The position numbers were made by a program, and so were the translations under genes. A stretch of 64,000 nt of DNA from Marsupella aquatica (lineage: Eukaryota; Plantae; Marchantiophyta): positions 5,583,241-5,647,240 of the forward strand of contig OZ316899.1 in the NCBI GenBank assembly GCA_973895155.1. Reading direction: 5' to 3'. Positions 24,791 to 37,500 of this stretch are shown here, one piece after another; within the stretch, counting starts at the first letter, position 1, and the number at the start of each line of letters is the position of its first letter. A model generated the notes under the pieces. It was not told the DNA's origin and did no database searches. It saw nothing but the letters and a program-made list of their open reading frames with translations.

Positions 24791-27700
24791 AAACTATGGG
24801 GGAAGAGGGTGAAGACATGGAGACAGACATGGGGCTTGGAGAGTGGGGTGAAGAGGAAAGATTGGATATGGATGGACACCCAAATGTAGGGGGCTCACAG
24901 AAAAATGCACCTGTGCAGGATGCACAGGGCCCTGATCAAGTGCCAGGTAGGTGGGCAGCCAGAGAGAAATCACGTAATCCATACCCTAGAAGGAGCCAGA
25001 GTTATTGGCAAGGGACGTCTGATGATTATGATGATGACTACGATGGAGCAGAAGATGGATGGGGTGAATATGAATGCCCAGAGCGTGGTAGAGATGGGTA
25101 CAGAGGGCAATGGAAAGATCAGGAGGATGATTGGACAAGTAAGTGCTTTGTGCTAGTGATTTTGTGATGGTAGTAGAAATTGTAGCTCAATATGGAGTTA
25201 TCTGATGTCTAGGGCAAAGAGTGTATCTAACCGGTCCATGAGTGTGGCATGTGCCTGTTGGTGAATGCAGACTCTGATTGGGACAATCACGAAAACAACA
25301 AAGGCCATCCACGTTCAGATAGGAGACAATCATTCACAGGCAAGAGAAACGGCCCTAATTCATCAAGACAAGGCAATTGGACAGATGGTCCAGAACCATC
25401 TATGCGCCCAGGGAGAGGTAACTTGGTCATTGCAAAATTGCTCTAAAGTTCAGTGTATATTTGGCAGCAAAATTTATGCTTCATACTTAAAAAATGGTTC
25501 CCGTAAATGTGCAGGGACTCGAGGGAAGTTTGCACAATGCGCTCTAGGCCGTGGGGCAGGCCGTGGGGGGACCCCAGGCCGTGGGGGGACCCCAGGCTGT
25601 GGGGGGACACCAGGCCGTGGAGGGACACCTAGTAGCGCTTCAGGGAGTACCAAGGTAGGAGACAGTAACAAATTTGGTAAAGTAGAAGTGAATTCCGATG
25701 GTTGGATAACTCCCACATGTGATGGTAAGAACCGCTGGCATTCTGACTTGAGAGGAGAAGTATTGCGCTGGTTAGATTTGAGCATTACAGAGTTTAGGAG
25801 TCAGAACAAAGCCGATTGGGCTGCTATCTGCAAGGACATTCTTGAACGGTGGGAGTATGTTGGTAATGATGGTAAGGGCCCAGTTGAAGATTGCATATCA
25901 GATTATGCAATGAGGATTTTGAAACAAGAGAGACATAGGTTGAAAAGGATGTGGATAGACAATGGTTCTAACAGGAGAATGCCAGCACCCCCCATCATTG
26001 GAATTGGATCAATGGACACGGTTAATCAAAGGGTTCATGTCAGAGGCTGGGCAGAGCAAGAGTGAACTGATGTCAAATGCTCGAGGCAAAGTGAAACACC
26101 TTTCACAGGCTGGGAGAGGAAGTTATGCTCCAGTGAAAGAACAACTGGTAAGGCATGTTTGATAGTAAGCGTAGCCTATCACTAATCATCTTGCTACTAT
26201 TATTGCATTTTCATTGACAATCAACAGTTGCTTTAATTCATATGTATGTTGATGTGGCATACAGAAGAAATTGACAGGTGAAGAACCATCAGCACAAGAA
26301 GTGAGAGAGGAGTTCATGAAACAAAGGAGTGAGGTGACAAGTGTGACTTCCAAACAGGTGATTATGTTGTACTTCTGTGATGTTCGATAGCATCAGAAGG
26401 AAATGTAGTAGGAAGTAAGCAACCAGTTCTTGGGGACAATTATCTGAGATATGTAAGCTGTGTGATTACAGGGAACTGTTACAACTCTTGCAGAGATGTG
26501 TGAACGGTTGAAGTCATTAGAGTGTGGACTTCCTCGAGTGGAAAGTAAATTGGGTGATCGTTTGGATATTGTGGAGGCATATGTAGCAAACCTACTTGCA
26601 TCAGTGGAATCTAATTTCAAGCTTGTGATTGAGAAATTGGGTGGTTCCCAGCCAAACAATGAGGGCAACCTTGTACAAAGTGTGCCCTTGTTAACAAAAA
26701 AGGGAATTGGCAAATCTGACACAGGTATGGAAATGACACTGGCCCATTGTTCATTGTGTCCTATGTTCAAATGTTAGAAGTGGGTTTTCATGAATTGAGG
26801 CCATGGTTTGAATGCAGGAAGAGTGGAGGCATCGAAGGGCCCTGTAATCAGTAAGCAGAAGGGCAAGAAGGTTGCTGAGACAGGTAACCTGCTATGATCC
26901 AGTAGATTACATTTGAAAAGTGCATGGAGTTTTGTGAAGCTTAAGCCGATTGGAGGTAATCTTTTCTGTAAGAACTGGTTGGATCAACTGGGATCTGAAG
27001 TGACATCATGATTAACTTGCTTCAGGTGACTCAAAGAGCAATAATGAAAAGGATGTGCCCAGTGCCTCAGTGACCATAGCCAAGGAGGTATCAGGTAAGC
27101 TGATGCTTTAAATTCCTCTCCTACCATTGTTGAGAAACAATTCAGTGGTTAATAGATTGAACCTGAATATTGTGGTGTGTTTATTGATCAGCAGAAGCAG
27201 ACATGGAGGATATGGCAATGGCAAAGAAGGGGAAGAAGGCTGTTCATAATGGTAAGGAGATAGTGACAACTTTGTGGTTGGTGACATGTACATTTAGCAC
27301 ATGTGATGAGTGATTCACTTATGTTGGACAATGGCACTGAATTGTAGTTGATGCAGAGTTGTCAGACTCTCAACCAAGTGGGAGCAGGGTGAAGCGACGT
27401 CGAAACTTGGGAGCAACATTGGATGCAAGTAAGATTGTAGATGCTTCAATTGAAGCAAGTACAATGTTGGCATATACTGAGATGATGTCGCAGGGAAATC
27501 CTGCTACACAATTGGAAGTGTCAAATATGGATGCAGATTCTTTGAAGAAGAGTGTAGCCAATTATCGATCACCAGCACAAAACACTCGTGCCAAAGTCAT
27601 GACTTGCAACCAAGGTATGAATAATGTCATGTATAAGCCACCCAGGAAAGCCAAGAAAAACAGCCAGGGTAAGGTGGAGGTGATAGCCATAGCAGAGCCA

Positions 27701-27952
27701 GTCCATAATCTTCAATCATGGGAGGATGACTCACAGGTATGTGTGGGTATAGGCATTTTGCGACCGGATCATGCTAAATTCCATGGCAAAGTGGTCCCCG
27801 ATGACCATGTAGTAGTGTTGTTGACTATAGTGATTGTATCTGATTGTAATTTGCCATTTCCGAATAGAGATGATGATCCACCTCAGGAAATAATTGCAGA
27901 TGCAGTAGGATCTCTTGTGCTCTGGCCATCAGAGTGTGTTAGTCTGCAGTGA
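24791..27952 (+). pseudogene. Multi-exon CACTA ORF2/TnpA-like gene (Ptta/En/Spm-type domain plus C-terminal Tnp1/DUF8039-like domain)
   Basis: GT-AG bounded exons at approx. 24791-25138, 25271-25417, 25515-26147, 26264-26357, 26472-26724, 26818-26883, 27026-27094, 27194-27250 and 27358-27952. Motifs QWTRLIKGFMSEAGQSKSELMSNARGKVKHLSQAGRGSYA and FHGKVVPDDHVVV..LPFPN..IADAVGSLVLWP. Frameshift in a C-run at ~25990. Further upstream exons likely (donors at 23266, 23621). Confidence 0.75.
25547..25630 (+). repeat. 18-bp coding repeat (GRGGTP)x4
   Basis: GGCCGTGGGGGGACCCCA units. Confidence 0.9.
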
Positions 27953-28690
27953 CTGAATGCAAGTGTAGATAGAACCATGTGAATTGTGTTACATTTTGAC
28001 ATTGCCTTGGAAAGATCCAAGAAATATCTGTACCAATTTTTCCATTTGGTAAAGAGGATGAAGGATTCGTTATCATTATGTGTGACATGTATATATTTCT
28101 GAATTTTGTGTGTATGTATGAAACAAGTGATTGATGTCAAACTATGGCTGTAAGGTGACCATTGGATGATATTTGAATCTGTTTTGTATCATTTCAATAT
28201 TAGTGTGTATGGTAGTTTCATGCTTTGTGACCTTATAGAGTGAGTTCATTTACAGTACACAAAAAAACATGAATAGAATGTCTTATTTGTGCACATTCCA
28301 AGTAGTATAGTGGGGTCTTCATCACTCATTTTGAGTTGACATGAAAGACTTATACATACCCCACTAAGTGTCTTCTTTAGTCATTTTATAAATCCACAAA
28401 GTAAACTTAAAGACTACCCTCCATAACCTGTTTAGTCCTTCCCAACGACTCACCATCGCACCCCTTAAAAGACTGAAAATGACTCACCAAAGCTACAATA
28501 GACTGAAAATCCAGTCTATTAAACGACTCGTGAACCAGTTCTATAAAGGACTCAATTGATTATAGTAACAAAACATACGACTCACAGTCCTATAAAGGAC
28601 TGGAGTCCTTCCCAGTCGTTTCTGAGTCCTATACGGTACTACATAGTCGTTTAATGGGGTCTAAATATCCCCCGGTTTCTACTAGTGATC

Positions 28691-31267
28691 TTCAGCTGGC
28701 ATAGTGATTGCTGATCATGAGGATGGTGCTGAAGTGCTATGTATTGGTGCTATTAATTATGTGTATGACAATAAATGGATGTTGGATTTGGGTTCCTCTT
28801 ATCATGTATGTCCAACGCAATCTTATTTCTCTAGTTACCAACCGTGCACTGGTAGCATGGAAATTGGCAACGGGGTCCAATGTGAGATCGTTGGCATGGG
28901 GACTATCAAATTCCAGATGTTTGATGGTGTTGTGCGAGCATTGACGAAAGTCAGGCACATACCAGACATCTCTAAGAACTTGATTTCTCTTGGTGCTTTG
29001 GAAGCTGGTGGATATCATTTCACTGCACGTGATGGTGCACTCTTTGTTGTCAAAGGTGAGGTAACTTTGATTAAGGCGCTCCGACAGAATAATTTGTACA
29101 TCTTGCAAGAAGATGTCATTGCTCCTAGAGTGGAGCATGTGAATTCTGTGGTGGAATGTTTGGATGCAGTGGCATTGTCGGTTGCTTCAATTGAAGCATC
29201 ATCAACATCTGGTCACACACAGGCCATAGATTTATGGCATGCACGATTGGGGCACTTGAGTGGTAAAGGATTGGCAGCCTTGGCAAACAGATATTTGCTG
29301 CAAGGCGCACAATCTGGAAAACTTTCTTTCTGTGAAGATTGCATCTATGGCAAGCAAAGGAGAGTGAGTTTCAGTTCTAGTTCCTACCATTCTCATGAGA
29401 TCCTATCGATTGCAAGGCAATTGTGAGCGAGAAATGTTGTTTTTGATGAAGAATGGTTGTCAAGACCCTGGGATAATTAGGAGGAGCAGGTGGAGGAACC
29501 CACTACGGTGGAGCTTGATGGTGTTGAGAAAGCTGCTGGTCCCTCTGGTAGAGGTGCAGTTCCTCAATTGAGGCGATCCACAAGGGCCAATCTTGGCCAA
29601 CCCCCTGATAGATTTGGTTTTGTAGATCCTCGTGTTCATGTTGTTGAGCACGACAATGATCTTGGTGTTATATTGCTCACTGAAGATGGAGACCCCTCTA
29701 GCTATGAAGAAGCTATGGCCTCTCTAGAGAAGGATAAGTGGATGTAGGCGATGTTGAAGGAAATGAATTCTTTGAAGAAGAATTCAACTTGGCGCTTAGT
29801 GGACATGCCTCGCGGGAAGACACTGGTTCCATGTAGATGGTTGTACATTCAAGAAGAAGCAGGATGGCACTTACAAGGCACGCCTTGTGGCCAAAGGGTA
29901 CACCTAGAAGGAGGGCTTGGACTACACGGAGATTTTCTCACCAGTTGTCAAACTTGCTACTATCCGTGTTTTACTTGCAATTGTGGCATTCTATGATCTT
30001 GAGTTAGATCAAATGGATGTAATTATTGCTTTCTTGCATGGATTGCTTGATGTGGAGATTTATATGGCTCAGCCTCCAGGTTTTATTGATGAGAAGACCA
30101 AACACTTGGTGTGTCAGCTCTTGCGCTCGTTATACAGATTGAAGCAGAGTCCCAGACAATGGAATAAGCGTTTTGATTTCTTCATGTTATCACAGGGGTT
30201 CACGCGGAGTGAACATGATTGTTGTATTTACATGAAGGAGGTGGAGAATTACTCATGTTTTGGTTACATTGTGCTAGCACTGTACGTGGATGACATGTTG
30301 ATCCTGGCTAAGAATAAGTCTGATGTTGCCCATCTGAAAGCAATGTTGAGTAAAGAGTTTTCAATGAAGGACTTGGGTCAGGCCAAGAAGATTCTAGGGA
30401 TGGAGATTCATCGTGATAGGGAGCAGAGGCAATTATGGTTGTCTCAGAGGCAATATTTAGAGAAAGTACTTGCCAAGTATGGATGGATAATGCAAAACCA
30501 GTTGGTACTCCATTGGCTTCACACTTTAAACTCTCAAAGAATGATTGCACTTCTAGTGAGAGTGATAGACTGGCGATGAAACAGGTTCCCTATGATAGTG
30601 TTGTGGGTAGTTTGATGTATGCAATGACATGCACTAGACTTGACATTGCCCATGCTGTTAGCATTTTGAGTAGATTTGTGGCAAACCCTGGTAAACTTCA
30701 TTGGGAAGCAGTGAAGTGGGTTTTGCGATATCTGAAAGGTACCTTGGATTGTGGGATTCTATTTGACGGTAAAGCAGACTCTACATTAGAGTTGGGAGTT
30801 ATGTAGATTCAGATTATGCTGGTAACTTGGATAACAGGAAGTCTACTACAGGCTATGTGTTTATGTTGGGTGGAGGTTGTATCAGCTGGAAGTCAGCAAC
30901 TCAATCCTGTGTTGCGTTGTCCACTACTGAGGCTGAGTACATGGCTGCTTGCGAGGCAACCAAGGAGCTGATCTGGCTACGGAGATTGGTGAGTGATCTA
31001 GGTCTTTCACCTGAAAGACCGGTGCTGTTGTGTGATAGTCAAAGTGCTTTGCATCTGGCTAAGAACCCTGTGTTCCATGCTAGGACAAAGCACATTGATA
31101 TTCATTATCACTTCATCTGTGAGGTGATTGAGACAAAGCAGATGTTTATGGAGAAGGTGGCTTTAGAGGAGAAAGCGACAGATATGCTTACCAAAGTTTT
31201 ACCTAACAATAGCTTTAGTCATTGTGTGGATATTATTAATGTTAGGGCCAAACCGGAGACTATGTAG
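28691..31267 (+). pseudogene. pol: Copia pol pseudogene (protease, pre-integrase, deleted integrase core, RT, RNase H)
   Basis: WMLDLGSSYHVC; LWHARLGH..CEDCIYGKQRR; QMDVIIAFLHG; LYVDDML; LSTTEAEY; CDSQSALHLAKNPVFHARTKHIDI. Confidence 0.95.
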
Positions 31268-31334
31268 ATATGTTACTTAGTTACATATTGTATATCACCT
31301 GACTCATTGTGTGAACTGGAGTCAAGGTGGAGAT

Positions 31335-31631
31335 TGTTAGGAATTGACTCGAGTTCCCAACTATAGTTAGTTTGGCCTTACTAGGGTTAATTGACCCTTC
31401 GGTAGTTTAGGATAAGATCCACTTATTTAGGCTCACACATCTTAGTCCCCCTTCGGGGGTATAGGTTGGAGGGAGAGCATTCTCTCCCTCATTCTTCACA
31501 TGTTTAATCTCATGAGCTATGGATCCTTCAGGAGTTTCTCCATGGTCGTGGTGTCTTGTTGGTGTAGTGTGAGATTGAGTGCTCTCATGTTTCACATTGT
31601 TGTCTAGTCTGGAGCTGACGATTTTCCTACA
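31335..31631 (+). repeat. Copia 3' LTR
   Basis: Direct repeat of 18753-19049, preceded by the PPT at 31324-31334. Confidence 0.97.
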
Positions 31632-32609
31632 CTCATGAGAGTGCCAAATTTACTAAAGTTCTTTACACAAGGTGACCAAGGAAAACCTGTAAGAAATCAC
31701 CCTATTAAAAGCTCACTGAAACAAACCATGTTGCTGGGGTCACATCAGCTCCTCCTACCATCAATTGGTTTGCAGGATGAAACTAGGGGCTGAGCCCATT
31801 GGTCCCGACTGCAACCCAATCTCAAGCACCCAAGTTTCAGCAGCCTTTGGCCAAATCAATACTTCTTGTCACCTCCCAGCTCTGAAGTTCAGATTGTCAC
31901 TCCTGGGGGTATCTACTAACTCCGGCCAACATAACAGTCAAATCATGACAGCAAAACACACATGGCAAGAAGGTTGCACTTCTAGATTTATTAAAGTACT
32001 CCAAACACAACGACCAAGGAGAACCTGTAATTGTTTTGCCAAAAGCCCATAGCTAGAGACACCAAAGCACCATAAAGAATCGTCAATACGCTGCCAAGGT
32101 ATACTGCCCGAACTAGGGAAAACCTAAAATCATAGCACAATATTCTCTCCTCACCAAACCTCTAGAACCTCACTCAACCACATTGGGTACAAAGTAACAT
32201 TGAGGTACTCGATCCCTCTAAAGCTCAGTTCTCATGCCAACTACAAAATTGGAGTCATAGCAAAAAAGGATGCAAGAAAAAGAGATTTTATGTAACATCA
32301 TAAATTTTCCTGGTACAAATGAAACCTTTATCCAGGGTCCTTCTTTTCACTTCTCTACAACTATCCACTTTGGGATCATATGTTTGTTGATCTTAGTTTC
32401 CACTCCATGTGGATAAAGTTTCCACTTAAACAACAAGGCATCATTCTGTCCCTCAACACAAGAACAACAATCCTTAAATACTCTTTAGCCACTCCAATCC
32501 ACTCTAATCAAAACCTCACCATGGGCTGAGTGCTTCCTTCTCTTACTAGCTCCTAATCAAGCTTTTAACCTCCATTCAAACTCTGGTCCACTGATTCGAA
32601 TCATAGAAG

Positions 32610-33340
32610 TGAATTTTGCACAGAAAAACTAGAAGATGTAGACCCCCCTCCGACATCTGATTTTTCTCTCACCAACCAGATCTTGGTTGGTGCTCATACT
32701 TTGTCAAAAGGTGCGTTTGTTTCCCTTCTATTTTCACACAAATTTTTTGAGTCAATTTGGTTAATCAAATGTTCCTCTAGAAAATATTTATTGTTGCTAA
32801 TTTTCCTACCATTCGTTTTCAGTGAATTTTAACTTCGGCAATTTGCGATTGGAACTCCTAACTCCATTTCAACCTTCCCTTCCAACCTACTGCCTTTTAC
32901 CTCATGTGTTTCACAATCACAACTAATCAGCATCACCATCTTCCCACCAATCAATTGATTACAACAGCATTTGTTTGCTTGAAGGTGTGAAATCAGATTT
33001 GCAGCAAAAGCTAGAAAGCTGCAGACCCCCCTCCGGTATCTGATTTTTCTCTCACCAACTAGACCTTGGTTGGTGCTCATATTTTGCCAGAAGGTGCGTC
33101 TACTTCCTTTATACCTTCACACCAAATTTTAGCCAATTTGGTCAAGCAAATGGGGCTCCAGAAAACATTTGGTGTTGTTGAGTTTTCCTACCATTCGTTT
33201 TCCGCGAATTTCAACTTCGACAACTTATAATTTGACATTATTTTTTCAATTCGACTTGTCTTTCCATGCCACAACTGCTTTACTTTGTTGCCTACAACTA
33301 ATGACCACCTAATCCACCATATCTCATCAATCAATTGTTG
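32610..33340. repeat. Diverged tandem duplication, period ~385 bp
   Basis: AGACCCCCCTCCG..ATCTGATTTTTCTCTCACCAAC..TTGGTTGGTGCTCATA..TTTTCCTACCATTCGTTTTC occurs at ~32640 and ~33023. Confidence 0.85.
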
Positions 33341-33450
33341 ATAGAGTCTTCACTCCTATCTAATCCCATGCCTCAATCAGGTTGATCACCGACTAGGGCC
33401 TAAAGCTTTGAGTTTTCTGGTGAAAAGTGTTGAAAAGTAGTATTGGCCGT

Positions 33451-34301
33451 TGTCGCAAGGACTTAAAGTTAGGGGCTCCTCGGGCAGACTACGCGTTTTT
33501 GGCTGCGATCGGGACAGGTGACAAGCACTTTTTGGAGCGAACTCTCACTCCTTTATATTTTTTACTTTTCTCACAAAGGTTACAATAGGTGCCCTCGAGT
33601 AAGCTTGTCTGCAAGAGTTTGGTAGCTGGCCCTACGGCGGGCCGCTACCTCTAACTTGTCGAGTAGAACTCCTCGAGTGACTAACTACTCAAAAATCTGA
33701 CGGAAAAACTATCCTCCTTAGCTCACAAAACCAAAAACTCGACTAGCTACTCCACTAGTCTAAAACAGCTCGCACGGAACTCGGCCCTGGACCAACAAGG
33801 CTCCAAACTCGAGAAATCCTTGCCTGGATCGACAAGACTCCAAACTTGAGAAATTCCTGCCTGGATCAACGGGACTCCAGACTCGAGAAATTCCCCGCCT
33901 GGATCAAAAACTCCCCACTTGGATCAAAAACTCACTAAGAACTCCAAAACTGCCGCACAATAGTCAAGTTCCGCAGAACGGAGCGAAACTCATAGAGCGC
34001 AACTCAACAGATCTCAATAGATAACCGCCAACCTCAATGAGCCAAGGCTCAAGTCTTAAGTAGCATCGGAAACCCAACCATCCAGCCTGAGCCAGCTGCC
34101 AGCAATGAGGCTCATCCAAACTCCAAGCCTGGTGACTCACCCAAACACCAAACCTAGTGACGACGAGTCACCCAATCACCAAACCTCAATCCATCCAACC
34201 AAGCAGCCCCTTCGAGTCAGCATGCACGCAACCCAACTGGGAGGCCTCGCCCATCATCCCCTATAAAAGCCATTCCTGAGCCGAAATCTTTCGGCATGAC
34301 A
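33451..34301 (-). repeat. Gypsy 3' LTR (contains ~37-bp internal tandem repeats at ~33787-33930)
   Basis: Direct repeat of 40199-41049, about 5% diverged by eye, mostly transitions. Confidence 0.97.
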
Positions 34302-34519
34302 TTCTCCCCCAGTAAACCTGAGCAGCCTCCGGTCTGCTCCAATCCATCGGATTTCCTCTAAGTCTGAGTCCAAACTCAAGCCATGCGCCTGGACCACTTC
34401 CTCCTCAAGAAACTCAAACCCAAAGCCTGCAGACTCGGCCTTAGGCACTCCACTTTCCAGAAACTCAAAGTCCAACTCATCCAAATCAGAACCAGTCAAG
34501 CCACTTTTGAAACTCAAGT

Positions 34520-37500
34520 CCAATGGATACGCCTAGACCAGTGCCTCGTCTTCAAATTCACTCAAGTTGGAACTTGAGTCCATTCCTTTCTTGGTCCTCC
34601 TCTTGAAGATCTTCACCCTTTTCCCTACGTAAGGTACTTGGTGAACTGTTCCATCCAACTCCCGAATAGTGTAGGTCGCATTCGCATGAACAACAACCAC
34701 CACATACGGACCTTGCCACCTCCAAGCAAACTTGTTTCAGCTCAAGTGTTGCTCGTACAACTTACTTTCGTAAACCAGAACCCAATCCCCTTCCTTAACC
34801 AAGACAGGCCTCAACCGATGAGTCCTGTCGAACCTGCCCTTGTTCTTTAACCTCGCCATCTTCAATTGCTTCCGAGCCACCTCAATCTTTGCGGGTAACA
34901 AGTTGAAGTGTTTGATCCTTCGAGCTAGCAACTCCTCTCTTGAAACTTCATCTTTCCATCCAATCAGTCGCCAGCTGCAAACATCTTCCTCGAGTGGCAT
35001 CATCAGCAAGTGCCCAGTAAGTAGCTCAGCCGGAACGTATCCGGTCATTGAGCTACAAGTCATCCGATCCGCTAACAGAGCAAGTGGAAGGAGACTCGAC
35101 CACCTGCCCAAGTCCCCATCACAAGCCTTAGCCAAAGCGCCCACAATCTGGATGTGCCCCCTTTCAGATTTCCCATTGCCTTCCGGATTGTAACTCGAAG
35201 TCAGCTTCAGTTTGATGCAGCATTGGTCAAAAAACTCTTGTGCTTCCTTGGAGCTGAGCTCCCCCCTATTAGCCCTGATCCTTGTAAAGCACCCATGCCT
35301 TGCAATGATATCCTCAAGTATGAACTGGCAAACGACAGCTTCCAACGCTCTCCCTTCCACATAAGAAGACAAGTCTTCTCTCGCCAAAACCAAGTATCTC
35401 GCCCCATTGCTCTCTCTCGGCATGTACACCACATCAACAGCCCATTAAAAGTGTAGAGCCACGAGGTAAGTCGGAACCAATCCATCCCTATGTCGGATCC
35501 TCGAGTAAAACTGGCAAATCTCGCAAGTCTTGACATAGTCTCGAACGGCCAAGTATAAACCTGGCCACCAGTACAGCTTCCGAACCCTCTCGTAAGTCGA
35601 ATGCACCCCTTTGTGCCCAGCCATGTCAGCATCATGGCTCTCTTTGAGAATTCGGTCTTTCTCATCCTTAGTATCCACAACCCTCTGCAACAACTGACTC
35701 GGGTCCTTATGCCTTCGCCACAAGTAGCCCTCCCTCAATAGGAACTTGTAAGATCTCTTCCGGATCTTGACGAACTCCTGGTAACTCCACTCTGGTTGCC
35801 TCTCCAAAGTGCTAATGTAACGCCCAATATCCAGCAACTCTCCCGAGTAGAGTTCTTCCTTGAACTCTAGACTTCCAACACTTTCGGTTTCGGTCACCTC
35901 GCCAACTCTAGTTGCTACCTCATTTCCGAATCTTGCCCTTGACAGCATGTCGGCAACCGGATTATCCTTTCCTGCAATGTGACTTAGCTCAGGGTTGAAC
36001 ATCCGAATGAAAGCAATCCACCTGAGCATCGCTATGTTAGGCGTGTCACAATTCGCAATCATCCCTAGCAGCGATTGGTAATCAGTCTCAACCACCACCG
36101 GCGCCCCAATCAAATAGTTCCTCTCCTGATGGAGTGCCACCTTGGCACCCCAAAGCTCCCTCTTAACTTGGGCATATCTCCTTTGCCTTTCTGTAAAAAA
36201 ATTTGCCCCAAATCTGATCGCATACCTTTCCCCATTCTCGTCATCTTGCCCAACAGCCCACCCGGCTACGAACGGACTTGCATCAACAGTCATGATCAGT
36301 GGTCGCCCACTCTCATAGTCTGCAGCTCGGAGAACTGGCGGGCTCATGAGAGCGCTCTTAAGCTTAGCCATTGCTTCACTATGCTCGGGTAGCCATCTCC
36401 ACTTAACCTTTTTCCTCAACAGCTCATAGAGCGGGTCCGCCAGGTGCGAGAAGTGAGGGATCCAGATCTTGTAAAAGACACAAGCACCCAGAAACCTCCA
36501 AACTTCCGGCACCAATTTGCAATCCTTCATCTTGCTAATAGCTCTCACCTTATCCATGTTTGGCTTCCTTCCATAGGATCCGCACTTTTGCCCAACGACT
36601 TTCACCTCTTTCATCTCAAATTAAGACTTCTCCCCCGAAAGAGTGACTTCCACATCAATAGCTTCTCGAGAACCGCCTTAACATCCACAATGTGATCCCA
36701 CACAAACAACCGGATCCCATCACTCCTCAAGGTCTCATCCTTCCCTTCCGCCAAGCACCCCTTTATTGGGACATCATCAATGAACGGTCTCGCTTTTTCC
36801 GGAATGAACAGCTCCAAGATTTTACTCATTGCATTTTGCATGTGTGCAATTGAGTTTTTCGCCCCTTGAGAAAGAGTGCACATCCTCAAGAGGCCCAACG
36901 GGGTCCTCATAGTCGTAATGTCTCGGCTCTCTTGCGCCAACTGGAACTGGTCGTAACCCAAAAACAAATCACCCATGGAGTAGATCGCCCTCCCAGCAAA
37001 CTCCTCCGCAAACTCATCCACGAGTGGCCCAACTCCCACATTCCTGATGGTCACCTTGTTCGGAGGTTGCATATCCTGAATGAACCTCAAGCCTCCATTC
37101 ATCTTTCTCACCGTAAACCATTTGTTCGAGTAGGGAGCATCAGACCTCTCAAGAATCCTAGCACTCAGCTTCTCCTTAAGCAGTTCCGCAAGCTTTGGAG
37201 CTAAAGCCCGTGGAACCAAAATTGGTTTCAGATCCCACGGAACATGAGGGACAGTAAAGATGACCATCGGTGTCACCTTACTCAGATCCGCACAACCAAT
37301 CTCCTCAATCAAAAATGAGAATGCCTTGCCATGCTCCATTATCATTTTTCAAAATGCCACTTGCTCCACCTCCGTAAGTAACCCATCCAAACCAATCTTC
37401 AGCTTCGCCAAACTCTCTTGAGTAAACTTATGCCCTATCCAATCAGTTGGCCTCAGCCTTGGTTCCAATCTTGCTCGATCCATAACCTCCATCGCATCGT

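Larger units (their letters stand above)
20948..28687 (+). mobile_element. Complete non-autonomous CACTA (En/Spm) DNA transposon, 7,740 bp
   Basis: TIRs CACTAGAAGAAAACGGGGTGATTTAGACC and reverse complement CACTAGTAGAAACCGGGGGATATTTAGACC. 3-bp TSD ATC (20945-47, 28688-90). AAGACT/AGTC subterminal motifs at both ends. Copia gag-pol sequence rejoins across it. Confidence 0.96.
18753..31631 (+). mobile_element. Full-length Ty1/copia LTR retrotransposon (Tork/Tnt1-like), interrupted by a CACTA element
   Basis: 297-bp LTRs at 18753-19049 and 31335-31631 (TGTTAG...CCTACA). TSD CTCAT at 18748-52 and 31632-36. PBS for iMet, PPT AAGGTGGAGAT, and gag-PR-INT-RT-RH order. Confidence 0.97.
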
